A DNA stretch of 64,000 bases from Desulfotomaculum sp. (GCA_003485325.1 DMZI01000037.1:16018-80017), one strand, 5' to 3'. Shown: positions 1 through 10,721, numbered from the stretch's first letter. Program-made: numbers and translations. Notes: generated from the sequence alone by a model not told the origin.

Positions 1-2262
1 ATGCTCGAGAACGAATTAAAATCCGAGCTTTGTGGAATTGCCGTGATTACGTTCGCTATTTTAGGCCTGGTAAGTTTATTTACACACGCTGTGGGCGCGG
101 TTGGACAATTCTTAAATCAGTGCCTTTCCGTTGCAGCCGGACAAGGAAAGTTGCTGCTTCCGGCGCTTTTTTTCCTCCTGGGAATAAAAATTATCCGGGA
201 GCGCAGTAAAATTAAACTCGACACGCAGGTAATCGGAACAGCGCTGCTGATGTTTTTAATCCTGAGTTTTATCCATCTTTCCATACCTGTCGGGGCATCC
301 TTCAATGCCGGGCAAAAAGGCGCCGGGGGAGGTATTTTAGGAGCTGCGGGAAGTTATCTGCTTCTAAAATACTTCGATATCACGGGCAGCTATATTATCC
401 TGTCCTCCCTGATGATCATTTCAATTGTACTTTTAACGAAACTGCCAGTCTCCCGCTTATGCAGCCTTCTGGGCAGGTATTCCGGTACAGCGGTTAAAAA
501 GGCATATAACAAAATTGCAGATTTTATTTTTATTGAGGTTGAAGAGGGAAAGGAAAAACCCCCTGAAACAAAAAATACAAAGGCAAATACATTAATAATC
601 AACAATAGTGAAAATACCCCGGTTTTTCTCCCGTCCCCCCTAATCCAAGGCAAGAAATCCGGCGGGGAAACGCCTATAATAAACAGTGAAGCTCAAATCA
701 ATACGCTTTCCGAAAAAACAGGCAGGACAAAGGCGAAACAGCAGCCTATAAATTCTTCCCCGACATCCGACGATAAAACATTTTGTCTGCCGCCGACCTC
801 ATTGTTAAACTGGAAAAAAACCAGGGAACATACCGTAACGGACAGGGAAGTCAATGAAAAAATACGTGTCCTTGAAGAGACCTTGGCCAGTTTCGGAATT
901 AACGTACGCGTTACCCAGGTAACAATCGGCCCTGCCATTACACGCTATGAAATACAGCCCCCTGTGGGTGTAAAATTAAGCAGGATTATCGGCCTTTCCG
1001 ACGACTTATCCCTTGCGCTGGCCGCTTCGCATGTACGCATTGAAGCTCCCATCCCCGGCAAGGCTGCCATAGGAATCGAGGTCCCCAACAAAGAAATTTC
1101 CACTGTTCACCTTAAAGAACTGGTTGAAAGCAAAGAATTCGGCTCAGCTTCCTCAAAAATCGCGGTTGCTTTGGGTAAGGACATATCGGGCACACCAATT
1201 GTTACGGATCTTTCCCAGATGCCCCATCTTCTTATAGCAGGGGCAACCGGATCCGGAAAGAGCGTCTGTATTAATACCATGGTGGCCAGTATCTTGTTTA
1301 AAGCCACACCTGAAGAAGTAAAAATAATTTTAATCGATCCCAAGATGGTTGAACTTACCAACTATAACGGCATTCCCCATCTGATTACCCCTGTAGTGAC
1401 AAACCCTAAAAAAGCTTCCGGAATCCTGCACTGGGCGGTTAAAGAAATGGAGCAAAGATATGATTTATTTGCCGCGGTGGGAGCAAGAGACATCATCCGG
1501 TACAACAAAATGCAGGCGGAACTTCAAAAACAATTCAATGAAGATGAATTTCCGGCCGGGTCTGTGGATGCAACCCAGACACTGAACAGTAATGGCACGC
1601 TGCCCTTAATTCTGATTATAATTGACGAGCTTTCAGACCTGATGATGATTGCGCCTGCAGAAGTGGAGGATTCCATTTGCCGGCTCGCTCAGATGGCCAG
1701 GGCCGCAGGAATACACCTTGTGCTGGCCACCCAACGGCCTTCAGTGGATGTAATCACGGGATTGATTAAGGCCAATATACCTTCACGAATTTCTTTCGCA
1801 GTATCGTCTCAGATGGATTCAAGAACTATTCTTGATACGGGCGGCGCTGAAAAATTACTTGGCAGGGGAGATATGTTATTCTTTCCCGTTGGTTCATCCA
1901 AACCGGCAAGAATCCAGGGAGCATTTTTAGCTGACAAGGACACCGAAAATTTGGTCAGTTTTCTCAAAGAACAGGCTCAGCCAAATTACAATCCGGACAT
2001 GGCCAATGTGGCTGAAGAAGAAAACATTTCCTTCTTTGAACAGGATGACAATCTCCTTCCACAGGCGGTACAGTTGTTTATTGAACAGGGAAACGCCTCG
2101 GTTTCAATGCTTCAGAGAAGGTTTCATATCGGATATGCCCGGGCGGCAAGGTTGGTTGACATTATGGAGCAGCGTGGAATAGTAGGCAGTTTCGAAGGAA
2201 GTAAACCCCGCTCAATCTTAATGACCCTGGAGCAATTCCAGCAATCCTTCAAACAAATTTAA
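1..2262 (+). CDS. ftsK: DNA translocase FtsK/SpoIIIE
   Basis: 753-aa ORF with N-terminal TM helices, Walker A AGATGSGKS, Walker B LILIIIDELSDL and a C-terminal gamma wHTH (SVSMLQRRFHIGYARAARLVDIMEQRGIV). The ORF opens at the window edge, so the true start may lie upstream. Confidence 0.9.
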   Translation: MLENELKSELCGIAVITFAILGLVSLFTHAVGAVGQFLNQCLSVAAGQGKLLLPALFFLLGIKIIRERSKIKLDTQVIGTALLMFLILSFIHLSIPVGASFNAGQKGAGGGILGAAGSYLLLKYFDITGSYIILSSLMIISIVLLTKLPVSRLCSLLGRYSGTAVKKAYNKIADFIFIEVEEGKEKPPETKNTKANTLIINNSENTPVFLPSPLIQGKKSGGETPIINSEAQINTLSEKTGRTKAKQQPINSSPTSDDKTFCLPPTSLLNWKKTREHTVTDREVNEKIRVLEETLASFGINVRVTQVTIGPAITRYEIQPPVGVKLSRIIGLSDDLSLALAASHVRIEAPIPGKAAIGIEVPNKEISTVHLKELVESKEFGSASSKIAVALGKDISGTPIVTDLSQMPHLLIAGATGSGKSVCINTMVASILFKATPEEVKIILIDPKMVELTNYNGIPHLITPVVTNPKKASGILHWAVKEMEQRYDLFAAVGARDIIRYNKMQAELQKQFNEDEFPAGSVDATQTLNSNGTLPLILIIIDELSDLMMIAPAEVEDSICRLAQMARAAGIHLVLATQRPSVDVITGLIKANIPSRISFAVSSQMDSRTILDTGGAEKLLGRGDMLFFPVGSSKPARIQGAFLADKDTENLVSFLKEQAQPNYNPDMANVAEEENISFFEQDDNLLPQAVQLFIEQGNASVSMLQRRFHIGYARAARLVDIMEQRGIVGSFEGSKPRSILMTLEQFQQSFKQI

Positions 2263-2433
2263 ACTTCAAAAGAATATATCTCCTGGCTTAAATATAAATT
2301 TATGCTATACTGTTTATAAATTAAAACAGGTTCCGGTCTGGTGAGGGCTCTTTAAAAGCGTCTCAATAGCAGAAACTTGTTTTTTATACATCCGGTTTTT
2401 CTATGTGTGAGATTTATCTTCTGGGGAAGTTAA

Positions 2434-2595
2434 ATGGCTAAAGAAAAAGCAGGTAAAAAAACGCAGGAAATTAGTCAGGTTGAAACGATAGCTCAAATCG
2501 TTCAGCGGACAAAAAAGGACATACTCTGGGTGGGAGTATGCATTGTTGTATCTGTAGTTATAAGCCTGATTGCCGGTCAGCTGATCAAGTTCTAA
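2434..2595 (+). CDS. small hypothetical membrane protein (53 aa)
   Basis: ATG at 2434 follows GGGGAAG. The product MAKEKAGKKTQEISQVETIAQIVQRTKKDILWVGVCIVVSVVISLIAGQLIKF has a charged N-terminus and one C-terminal TM helix. It is below the ORF-track size cut-off. An extended -10 TGcTATACT lies at 2303-2311. Confidence 0.3.
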   Translation: MAKEKAGKKTQEISQVETIAQIVQRTKKDILWVGVCIVVSVVISLIAGQLIKF

Positions 2596-2597
2596 TT

Positions 2598-4631
2598 TTA
2601 GTGAATATCCTGGTTGGTAGTCAAATCCTTATTCCTGCCATGCAACTCCAGCCGCAGTTCAATAATCAAATCTCTTAGTTCGGCAGCCCGTTCAAATTCG
2701 AGTTTTCGCGCAGATTCACGCATTTCCCTTTCCAGCTTGATTATTATTTGCTTAAACTCTTTTTTGTTGGCGCCCTTTTTGACATAACCGCCATTGGGCC
2801 GTTTTTTCCCCTTTACAACAGGGTGGGTAGCCTCAATCAAGTCCCGTACAGCCTTCTGTACCGTCCGGGGTGTAATGCCGTATTTCCGGTTGTATTCCAC
2901 CTGAAGCCTGCGCCGCCGTTCAGTTTCCCCGATAGCTCTTTTCATAGAATCAGTTACCTGATCGGCATACATGATAACCTTTCCTTCAACATTCCGGGCA
3001 GCCCTGCCAATTGTCTGGATAAGTGAACGCTCGGAGCGGAGAAAACCCTCTTTGTCCGCGTCAAGGATAACTACAAGACTTACTTCAGGCAGATCCAGGC
3101 CTTCCCTTAACAGATTAATGCCCACCAGAACATCAAATGCCCCCAAACGAAGGTCCCGTATTATTTCCATACGCTCCAGGGCGTTGATGTCTGAATGCAT
3201 GTAGCGCGTCTGTATATTAAAACCTACCAGGTAATCGGTTAAATCTTCCGCCATTTTCTTGGTCAGGGTGGTTACAAGGACACGCTGCTTTTTGGCTACA
3301 CGGCTGCGTATTTCTCCGAGCAGATCATCTATCTGGCCGCGTGTCGGACGAACGGAAAGTTCGGGATCTACCAGGCCTGTAGGCCTGACGATTTGCTCGA
3401 CAACCCGTCTGCTTCGCTCGATTTCGTATGGCCCGGGAGTCGCTGATGAAAAAATCACCCGTTTAATCCTTTTTTCAAATTCACCAAATTTTAGAGGCCT
3501 GTTGTCAAAAGCGGAAGGCAAACGAAAACCGTGCTCAATCAATGTTTCTTTGCGTGATCGATCCCCCTCATACATCCCTCTTACCTGAGGTATTGAAACA
3601 TGGGATTCATCAATAAACATAAGAAAGTCGTCAGGGAAATAATCAATTAGCGTATAAGGAGGTTCTCCCGGCAGTCTTCCGGTCAAGTGGCGTGAATAAT
3701 TTTCGATGCCTTTGCAGTAGCCCATCTCGCGCATCATTTCTATTTCATAATTTACACGTTGCTCCAAACGCTGGTATTCCAGGATTCTACCCATGGAATT
3801 CAATTCTGCAAGCCGGTCTTTTAATTCAATTTCTATATTTGAAATAGCCCTCTCCAGCCTGGATCGTGAAACCGTATAATGGCTGGCTGGGAAAATTGAA
3901 ACATGCTGGCGTTCACCCAGCGCCTCACCGCTGACAACATCGAATTCAAGCAGGCGCTCAATCTGATCACCCTGGAAATCAACCCGCACGGCCCTTTCGG
4001 TGTAAGAGGCCGGGTATATTTCCACTATGTCTCCCAAGACACGAAAAGTCCCGCGGGTAAAACTTATATCGTTGCGCTGATACTGTATATCCACCAGTTT
4101 CCGTAACAACGCGCCGCGTTCGAAGACAGCTCCTTTACGAAGTGAAATTACCAGATCCCTGTATTCCCCCGGATCACCAAGACCGTAAATACAGGAAACG
4201 CTGGCCACAATGATCACATCCTGCCTTTCAAAGAGAGAACAGGTTGCGGAATGGCGCAGTTTATCAATTTCCTCATTTACTGAGGAGTCTTTCTCAATAT
4301 ATGTATCCGTTTGTGGAATATAAGCTTCCGGCTGATAGTAGTCATAATAACTGATAAAATACTCAACGGCATTAAGAGGAAAGAACTCCTTAAACTCACC
4401 GCAAAGTTGTGCGGCAAGTGTTTTGTTGGGAGCCAGGACAAGCGTGGGGCGTTGAACAGCCTGAATTACCTGAGCCATCGTATATGTTTTTCCGCTGCCT
4501 GTAACCCCCAGCAAAGTCTGCATGGGAAAACCCTTGTTTATGCCGTCGATAAGCTCAAAGATGGCTTTTTGCTGGTCACCGCGGGGTTCGAAATTAGATT
4601 TTAATTCAAAATTCAAGTTCTCCCACTTCAC
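2598..4631 (-). CDS. uvrB: excinuclease ABC subunit B
   Basis: 677 aa with Walker A GVTGSGKT, helicase motifs and a C-terminal UVR domain ([18 protein letters not shown]). Confidence 0.95.
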   Translation of the reverse strand: MKWENLNFELKSNFEPRGDQQKAIFELIDGINKGFPMQTLLGVTGSGKTYTMAQVIQAVQRPTLVLAPNKTLAAQLCGEFKEFFPLNAVEYFISYYDYYQPEAYIPQTDTYIEKDSSVNEEIDKLRHSATCSLFERQDVIIVASVSCIYGLGDPGEYRDLVISLRKGAVFERGALLRKLVDIQYQRNDISFTRGTFRVLGDIVEIYPASYTERAVRVDFQGDQIERLLEFDVVSGEALGERQHVSIFPASHYTVSRSRLERAISNIEIELKDRLAELNSMGRILEYQRLEQRVNYEIEMMREMGYCKGIENYSRHLTGRLPGEPPYTLIDYFPDDFLMFIDESHVSIPQVRGMYEGDRSRKETLIEHGFRLPSAFDNRPLKFGEFEKRIKRVIFSSATPGPYEIERSRRVVEQIVRPTGLVDPELSVRPTRGQIDDLLGEIRSRVAKKQRVLVTTLTKKMAEDLTDYLVGFNIQTRYMHSDINALERMEIIRDLRLGAFDVLVGINLLREGLDLPEVSLVVILDADKEGFLRSERSLIQTIGRAARNVEGKVIMYADQVTDSMKRAIGETERRRRLQVEYNRKYGITPRTVQKAVRDLIEATHPVVKGKKRPNGGYVKKGANKKEFKQIIIKLEREMRESARKLEFERAAELRDLIIELRLELHGRNKDLTTNQDIH

Positions 4632-4647
4632 TGATCAGTTTTTTAAG

Positions 4648-5967
4648 TTATTCGCCGCCGGCGCCTTCACTTCCTTCTGAACTCCCTTTACCGGCCTGCC
4701 CTTCCTGGACCGATTCAATATTCTTTATCTCACCCGGAATCTCGACCTCTACTTTCTTTCCTTCCTGGGTCGTAATTTTTAACTTGGTCTTGGCATTATT
4801 CTGTTTGCTGCCTGAGCCGCCTTGTCCCTGGCTCTGGCTGCTTCCGCTATCCCCGCTGTTTTCCTGGCTTTCACTTCCCTGTTCCTTGCTTTCCTGCCTG
4901 CCTCCCTGCTTTTGTTCCTTGCTCCAACGCTGTTCAAGCAGGTAGGAGTTGTTTTTTTGAATCAGCTGTACAGGGACGATCCTGGCTGGAACACCGTAAT
5001 CTCCGTTTAAAATACGGTTATCATACTGCAAGCTGCCCGTTTTGGAAAGGCTGACCGCCGCGTCATAGGCATACTGGCCGACTAATTCGGGCATGGTATC
5101 TATCTCTGCATTATGTTCACCTTCAATTAACGCCCGTGAAGATTCCTCATCCGCCCCCACCCCGACTGTGATCACATAATGACTGGAACCCCGGAATTGC
5201 AATGCTTTTACATACTCCATAACGAGGCGGCTGTCAGTGGCCAATATGGCGTCAATCCCGCTGTTGTTATATTTATTTAAAAACTGGTCCGCTGTCATCG
5301 CGCCCAATCCGGGCTCATTCTTAAGACAGACGATTTCTTCGATAATCTTTACACGCGGCTCTTTATTTAACTCATCCCGGATTCCGGCAACTATTTCGTT
5401 TGAAATTTGATCCCTCTGGTCCCCCCTTAAAATAAAAGTATTCAAAAATTGGCGCCTTTCTACTCCGGGGAAAACCTGATTTGTGTAACCGCCATTAAGC
5501 GCCTTAAGCAGGTAAATTGCTTCCAACCTGCCGGCTAGAATATGGTCTGAAGTTATATAGCCGTCTACCGGAACATTCCTTGGCAAAGTTTCCAGGGCTA
5601 ACACTTTTATGTTTGCCCTTTTAAAACGTTCGATAACCGGATTAACCGACGTTGGATCTACAGGTTGGACAATTAAAGCTTTCAGCTGTTTTGTTCCCTT
5701 CTGCAAAAGCTGATCGAGCTGTTTGATTTGTTCCTGGGCGTCGTTTTTCGCATCTAAAAATTCAATTTTGGTATCTTCTTTTTTACTTCTCTTCATCATT
5801 TCCTGCTGGATGATTTTGTTTCCGTCCAGCCGCAAATCAGAAAAGGATACGGCAAGGTTAAGACTCTCACTGATTGGTTTTCTTTCTGCTTGCTGACCGC
5901 AGCCGTTTACTATAACGAGGCATACCGCTATTATTAACGGGAATATCCGTTTTAACGCAATGAGCAT
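4648..5967 (-). CDS. sugar-type periplasmic substrate-binding lipoprotein with a low-complexity C-terminal tail
   Basis: Signal peptide plus lipobox (LVIVNGC), followed by an RbsB/LacI-like type I binding fold. The last ~90 aa are Gly/Ser/Gln/Glu-rich. No ABC permease or ATPase is adjacent. The stop lies 16 nt upstream of the uvrB start. Confidence 0.65.
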   Translation of the reverse strand: MLIALKRIFPLIIAVCLVIVNGCGQQAERKPISESLNLAVSFSDLRLDGNKIIQQEMMKRSKKEDTKIEFLDAKNDAQEQIKQLDQLLQKGTKQLKALIVQPVDPTSVNPVIERFKRANIKVLALETLPRNVPVDGYITSDHILAGRLEAIYLLKALNGGYTNQVFPGVERRQFLNTFILRGDQRDQISNEIVAGIRDELNKEPRVKIIEEIVCLKNEPGLGAMTADQFLNKYNNSGIDAILATDSRLVMEYVKALQFRGSSHYVITVGVGADEESSRALIEGEHNAEIDTMPELVGQYAYDAAVSLSKTGSLQYDNRILNGDYGVPARIVPVQLIQKNNSYLLEQRWSKEQKQGGRQESKEQGSESQENSGDSGSSQSQGQGGSGSKQNNAKTKLKITTQEGKKVEVEIPGEIKNIESVQEGQAGKGSSEGSEGAGGE

Positions 5968-6105
5968 TTATATCCCTCCTGTTTTTAAACCTATCAATAT
6001 TATGCTTAATCCAGGAAGCAAATATGAAATCCGCATGAATATGTACTTAATTCCAAATTTCAGTCATACAAATTAATTCAGGATGAAAAAGAAAGGTGTG
6101 ATTGG

Positions 6106-6408
6106 ATGGAAATACTTAAGTATTACTGGCAGCGGTTTTGCAGGCTTTTTGTGGAAAAACGGCCTGCTGAACGGTTGTTTACTATTCTTGATTCTGTAGA
6201 TGAATCACGAAGGTCCTGGCAGGCGGCGTTAAAGGAATTTAATCTTGCAGAAAAAGATTTTATCGATTATTCAAGCTATAAAATAATTGCCTCCCAAAAA
6301 AGGTATATTTATTTGTTGCGGCAGGCACAAAACCTCGGAGCAACCTCCTGGCCGGCAAATGAACTGAAACCACTGGCATCAAGCCTGCCCGTGACTAATG
6401 ATAATTAA
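6106..6408 (+). CDS. DUF2508 (YaaL-like) protein
   Basis: 100 aa. The segment ESRRSWQAALKEFNLAEKDFIDYSSYKIIASQKRYIYLLRQAQ resembles my memory of the YaaL/DUF2508 pattern. Confidence 0.4.
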   Translation: MEILKYYWQRFCRLFVEKRPAERLFTILDSVDESRRSWQAALKEFNLAEKDFIDYSSYKIIASQKRYIYLLRQAQNLGATSWPANELKPLASSLPVTNDN

Positions 6409-7043
6409 CAATATGCTGAGTAATGGCCGGGGTCTACAAGCTCGCGGTACTTGGCCACTACCTGCTTGAAATCTTCCCAGGTTTCCTTTTTCAGGTTTGG
6501 ATTGCGCAAGAGGGCCGCCGGATGGTATGTGGGCATTATATAAAGTTCACCTTTTTTTACCCAGTTGCCCCTTTCACGTGTTATTTTGCCCTTTGGATCC
6601 AGTAAAGCCTGTAGAGCGGCGGCGCCAAGCAAAACAAGGATCTTTGGCTTTAGAATTCGCAACTGGGCCTGCAGGTTAGGGCTGCAGGCTATAATCTCTT
6701 CTGCGATGGGAGTTCTGTTGCCCGGAGGCCGGCACTTGACAACATTAAGGATGTATGCGTGGCTGAATCTTTCAAAACCGCAGACCTGCAGGATTTTATC
6801 CAGCAATTGCCCTGCCCTGCCAACGAACGGCCTGCCCTGCAAATCTTCATCTGCTCCCGGTCCCTCACCGCAAAGCACCAGGTTTGCTTTTGGACTGCCT
6901 TCTCCAAATACCACGCCCCGGCATCCGCTGCGCAGGGCGCATCTGTTACAGGTTTTTACCTTCACTTCCAGTTCGGCAAGATTATCGAACCCGGAAAGGT
7001 CCCAAACCGGATTGGACAATAAGTTATGTTCGTCAAAAAACAA
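6405..7043 (-). CDS. uracil-DNA glycosylase, family 4 (Fe-S type)
   Basis: Motif GEGPGADEDLQGRPFVGRAGQLL and N-terminal cysteines CNRCALRSGC, with C-terminal HPAALLR. Confidence 0.85.
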   Translation of the reverse strand: MFFDEHNLLSNPVWDLSGFDNLAELEVKVKTCNRCALRSGCRGVVFGEGSPKANLVLCGEGPGADEDLQGRPFVGRAGQLLDKILQVCGFERFSHAYILNVVKCRPPGNRTPIAEEIIACSPNLQAQLRILKPKILVLLGAAALQALLDPKGKITRERGNWVKKGELYIMPTYHPAALLRNPNLKKETWEDFKQVVAKYRELVDPGHYSAYC

Positions 7044-7097
7044 TCCCGTACCCCTCCTGCATATGTTTAGAAGATAAATACAACAGGAAATAAGGGG

Positions 7098-7286
7098 TTA
7101 TTCCTTTTCCAGGATTATTTTATGGTCAACCAGAGCAAGCTCGGCAATCTTTGCTTTGATTATTTTACGCCGGCCAAAAATATCTTCCAGGATAAGGCCG
7201 TCTTCCCGGGGAATTACTTTATCCACGGATTCGAAAAACAACTCCTCAAGACCGCCTTCGCGCAGATATGCGTTTGCTTCACACAA
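7098..7286 (-). CDS. CooT-family small protein (putative nickel-binding)
   Basis: The ORF track starts at ATG 7301 (MVVGVL-CEANAYL). An in-frame TTG at 7286-7284 gives MCEANAYLREGG...DHKIILEKE. This matches the family N-terminus Met-Cys-Glu and its ~62-aa size. GGTGGG lies just upstream. Confidence 0.6.
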   Translation of the reverse strand: MCEANAYLREGGLEELFFESVDKVIPREDGLILEDIFGRRKIIKAKIAELALVDHKIILEKE

Positions 7287-7492
7287 AACGCCCACCACCA
7301 AAAATAATAAACTACCGCGTTGCTGCAGCCGCTTTAAAAAATTATATTACCCTTCAAATTAACTTGTCAACGGTCATCTTTTAAGGGCCAGCGATACCAG
7401 TGGGAAAGTGCCTTTTCAGTACTATAACTTTTAGAAAAACCACTCTTTCCTAGTTCAAGGCCGGGCGGCGGCGCCTCCAGAAATACCAGGAT

Positions 7493-8542
7493 TTAAGGTA
7501 GTATAATAATGTTAGTTACCACAGGACGCTCTTTGCCGTCTGAAGGACGGTTTAAGACATTGCCCTCGAATACAAATGAACTTGATCCACCGCCATCTAG
7601 GTTATAAGCCTCAATTATACCAAATTCAATCAACTTAATCTGCAGGTCTTCTAAAGTAACTCCACTGCTCCAATCAGCTTGGCGCCCATCAACAACAGCT
7701 AAAATCAAATCGTCATTGCCGTATTCACCGATAATGGTCCTGGGTTGTTTCTGATTCTGCCACTTAATAGGTATATGTAATGGCTTGCGATTCTTTATTA
7801 AGGCAGGAACAAAACTAACCCCGGCTATCGGTTTAAGCTTTAACAACTCATTTTTTTCATAAAAAACACCACCTAGTAGTTCCCCTGTCGAATCTATTCC
7901 GGCAAAAAATAGGTCATTATGCGAAGGGTTAAACCCACCAATTAACTTACCGTTAATAACGGTATTGCCAATGGGCAGGGTGTATTGCCGCCCATCCTGC
8001 ATTATGTGATAAAAACCACCGCCGTTTACTCCCAGTACCGCACCGGTCCGCTTAACTGCAGCGCTGGTAATCTCGCTTTCACCCAGAGTGTCCTTGCCTA
8101 AAACTATTTGGAAAACAGCGGGATCAAATAATTTAAGCTTAGCGATATAACCCCGGTAACCTAAACCCTTAAGTTCAAATACCTTAATCTGTACCCTGTC
8201 GGAATGGTGCTCGCCAATAGGCATCCCCAACCGGTTCATTATGATCTTTTCATATATTTCATCAGACAACTTTTTTTGTGACCATGTTTTTTGGGTGAGT
8301 TCTTTTAACATACTCTCATTCTCTTGTTGCAGACGTTCCAGTTCCACAGCGTTTAGTTTTATGAAGCCAATCTCTTGCTCCATATTTAAGATATCATGCT
8401 GTAGCTTTTCTGTGGACGACACTATCTTTTTCAGGGGGATTTGCATCATATCAGCGTGACCATGAAGGGCATAGTAAACACCACACAATAAGCCGGATAA
8501 GGGAATCAGCAGGCTGACAAAAAAAATGTTAATAATCCACAT
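7493..8542 (-). CDS. membrane-anchored phosphodiester glycosidase family protein (DUF2233/NAGPA-like)
   Basis: N-terminal TM helix, a coiled-coil segment, then a C-terminal domain carrying YNLDGGGSS. Confidence 0.6.
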   Translation of the reverse strand: MWIINIFFVSLLIPLSGLLCGVYYALHGHADMMQIPLKKIVSSTEKLQHDILNMEQEIGFIKLNAVELERLQQENESMLKELTQKTWSQKKLSDEIYEKIIMNRLGMPIGEHHSDRVQIKVFELKGLGYRGYIAKLKLFDPAVFQIVLGKDTLGESEITSAAVKRTGAVLGVNGGGFYHIMQDGRQYTLPIGNTVINGKLIGGFNPSHNDLFFAGIDSTGELLGGVFYEKNELLKLKPIAGVSFVPALIKNRKPLHIPIKWQNQKQPRTIIGEYGNDDLILAVVDGRQADWSSGVTLEDLQIKLIEFGIIEAYNLDGGGSSSFVFEGNVLNRPSDGKERPVVTNIIILP

Positions 8543-8915
8543 TGCCGGATTCCTGCAAAATACTAAGACTTTTTTTCAGTTCTTTTAACTGTTTATCCAT
8601 TTCCTCAATACGTTTTTTAACTTCCTCGCTTGCTGTTCCGGTGCTGGATAAAGTTTTATCCGTATGTGTCAGAGACTCCTTTATAATTTTCATTTCAGTG
8701 CTTAAAGACTGTATTTTTTCCTCCAGATCCTGCACGTTTAATGCATTAGTTTCTTGAATTTCCAGGGCCATTTGGTCAATGTACTGTCTGGCATACCAGA
8801 AACCCCCTGCGAAAAGGCCTGCCCATAAAAGTACTAGCGCTAGGATTACCCGCAACTGGTTGAAACCAACTGTTTTTTTAGCTTCCCTTTCCTTTTCCAA
8901 CCCTATAACCCCCAA
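8529..8915 (-). CDS. membrane-anchored coiled-coil protein, unknown function
   Basis: 128 aa with one TM helix (VILALVLLWAGLFAGGFWYA) and a heptad-like C-terminal half. It overlaps the downstream gene by 14 nt. The start is TTG in the ORF track and is uncertain. Confidence 0.4.
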   Translation of the reverse strand: MGVIGLEKEREAKKTVGFNQLRVILALVLLWAGLFAGGFWYARQYIDQMALEIQETNALNVQDLEEKIQSLSTEMKIIKESLTHTDKTLSSTGTASEEVKKRIEEMDKQLKELKKSLSILQESGNVDY

Positions 8916-9385
8916 ATGGAATTATTTTAACCCTGATAGATTAGTTCACCACTTTATTCCATTCGTTTTCCATCTCCAAGCATAACTTTTACCTAAAGAT
9001 ACAGGCTAAGATATAAGCTCTAACCTGCCTGTTAGTAAACGTCTTGCGTAGTATTAGTTCACTTTGCATGAATCTCGAAATCCTGAATTAATTTTCTGAG
9101 CTGTTATTGGTGGGCGATTACGCAAACATAACTGCCATTCAGCAATCAAAGGCAGCGCCTTAGCTGTTTTTTGCAGATATTATAAACGACTTCAACGTCA
9201 TAGATAATACTTTACTTGATCTATGGAGGACATATCTTTTGCATACATGGTCTGGTCTTCAAGCTGACGTAAATACCAATTATGGATTGGCAGTAGGATC
9301 AGGGGTTCTCAGTTCAATTCTGGTAGATTTTCCTGGACAACACTTTTTGCTAATAATTAACCTATTTTTCTCTGTCTTATATTTA

Positions 9386-10612
9386 TTAACGATTCTCTAT
9401 TTGTATAATTTTACCCTCCCATGTGCGTAAGAAAACTTTATCTTTTTGTATTTTCTGGATGTAGTTGGGCATTATCGGTATCTTGCCAAGTCCACCCGGG
9501 GCATTAACGATGAACGTAGGTATTGCCAGCCCAGAGGTGTGACCGCGTAACGACTCCATAATATTCAGTCCTTGGGCAATGCTTGTTTGAAAATGACAGG
9601 TCCCCTGCACATTCTTGGCATGAAATATATAGTAGGGACGGACCCTTATTTTCAATAACTCTTGACATAGTTTTCTCATTACAAAAGGCTCATCATTAAT
9701 CCCGCGTAGCAAAACTGCTTGATTGCCGAGCACAACTCCGCCTTCGGCGAGCCGATCGCAGGCTAATTTAGCCTCAGGAGTAACCTCCAGAGGATGATTG
9801 AATTGGGTATTGATAAAGATTGGCGGATACTTGCGTATAATGTCAACTAGCTCCGGAGTGATTCTCTGTGGCATGGTTACCGGGATCCTGGTTCCGATAC
9901 GCTTTATTTCGACATGAGAAATGTTGTGCAGCTTGTCCAGGATAAATTCTAATGTCTGATTGCTGAGCATCAAGGCATCTCCTCCGGTAATAAGCACATC
10001 CCGGATTTCTTTATTTTGGGCAACGTAATCAATTGCTGCGCCAATATCTTCCAGACATGCATGTTGATCAACTTCTCCAATATTGCGTCTTCTCTGGCAG
10101 TGACGGCAGTACATTGCGCACTGGTTAGTTACATTGATAATCATACGGTCTGGATACCTGCGAGTCACACAGGGAGCTGGTGAGGTAGTCGCTTCGTTCA
10201 TTGGATCCAGACTGCCTCCTGGAGCCAACTCTCTAATATCAGGAATAGCCTGACGGTATATGGGACTACTCTGAAAATCTTCAGTTAACAAACTTAGATA
10301 ATAGGGAGAAATGGCCCATCGATAAAGTTTGCCTACTTTATCGATGCGTTTTTTGTCAAGGTCACTTAAACCGATTATTTTGGCTAAAACTACACTATCT
10401 TTAATCCGGTTCCTAAGCTGCCATTTCCAATTAACCCAGTCCTCCTCTGTGCCATCCAGAACTTCCAATATTTTTCGCTTTCTTTTTGCAACTTGTTTTT
10501 CCATATCAGGCAACGATTTTACGTGCTCCAGGAAAGAGAGAGTGTCCTTTTTAAGTTCTTTGCTTCTAAGTAAAGATTGGGACAGATTATCCGTGTTCCC
10601 TGCTTCTCTCAT
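9386..10612 (-). CDS. KamA-family radical SAM aminomutase, glutamate 2,3-aminomutase-like
   Basis: CAMYCRHC (CxxxCxxC) cluster motif and end-to-end similarity to lysine 2,3-aminomutase. However RPYYIFHAKNVQG and FIVNAPGGLGK carry Lys and Asn where LAM has the lysine-binding Asp293 and Asp330. The SD AAGGAG precedes ATG 10612. Confidence 0.7.
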   Translation of the reverse strand: MREAGNTDNLSQSLLRSKELKKDTLSFLEHVKSLPDMEKQVAKRKRKILEVLDGTEEDWVNWKWQLRNRIKDSVVLAKIIGLSDLDKKRIDKVGKLYRWAISPYYLSLLTEDFQSSPIYRQAIPDIRELAPGGSLDPMNEATTSPAPCVTRRYPDRMIINVTNQCAMYCRHCQRRRNIGEVDQHACLEDIGAAIDYVAQNKEIRDVLITGGDALMLSNQTLEFILDKLHNISHVEIKRIGTRIPVTMPQRITPELVDIIRKYPPIFINTQFNHPLEVTPEAKLACDRLAEGGVVLGNQAVLLRGINDEPFVMRKLCQELLKIRVRPYYIFHAKNVQGTCHFQTSIAQGLNIMESLRGHTSGLAIPTFIVNAPGGLGKIPIMPNYIQKIQKDKVFLRTWEGKIIQIENR

Positions 10613-10671
10613 GTTATCACTCCTTTTAATTAGTCATAAACAGGTATGTAATAATCGAAAAGGGACGAGGA

Positions 10672-10706
10672 TTAAATAAAAATAAACCAAAGGCAACCCT
10701 CTGGTT
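10672..10706 (-). terminator. intrinsic terminator (expression platform of the c-di-AMP riboswitch)
   Basis: On the minus strand AACCAGAGG-GUUG-CCUUUGGUU is followed by UAUUUUAUUU, located between the aptamer and the aminomutase start. Confidence 0.65.
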
Positions 10707-10721
10707 ATGCTAATATAATAT

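Noticed and set aside
9285-9340. A tRNA-like T-arm string (CAGTTCAATTCTG) downstream of the aminomutase gene could be an integration-site remnant.
   Set aside because: Only 3-4 bp of T-stem can be formed. There is no acceptor stem, no matching full tRNA and no second direct repeat, so it looks like chance.
9239-9430. A 63-aa hydrophobic ORF lies at the 3' end of the aminomutase gene.
   Set aside because: It overlaps the aminomutase stop region on the opposite strand, has no SD and is AT-rich low-complexity sequence, so it is probably spurious.
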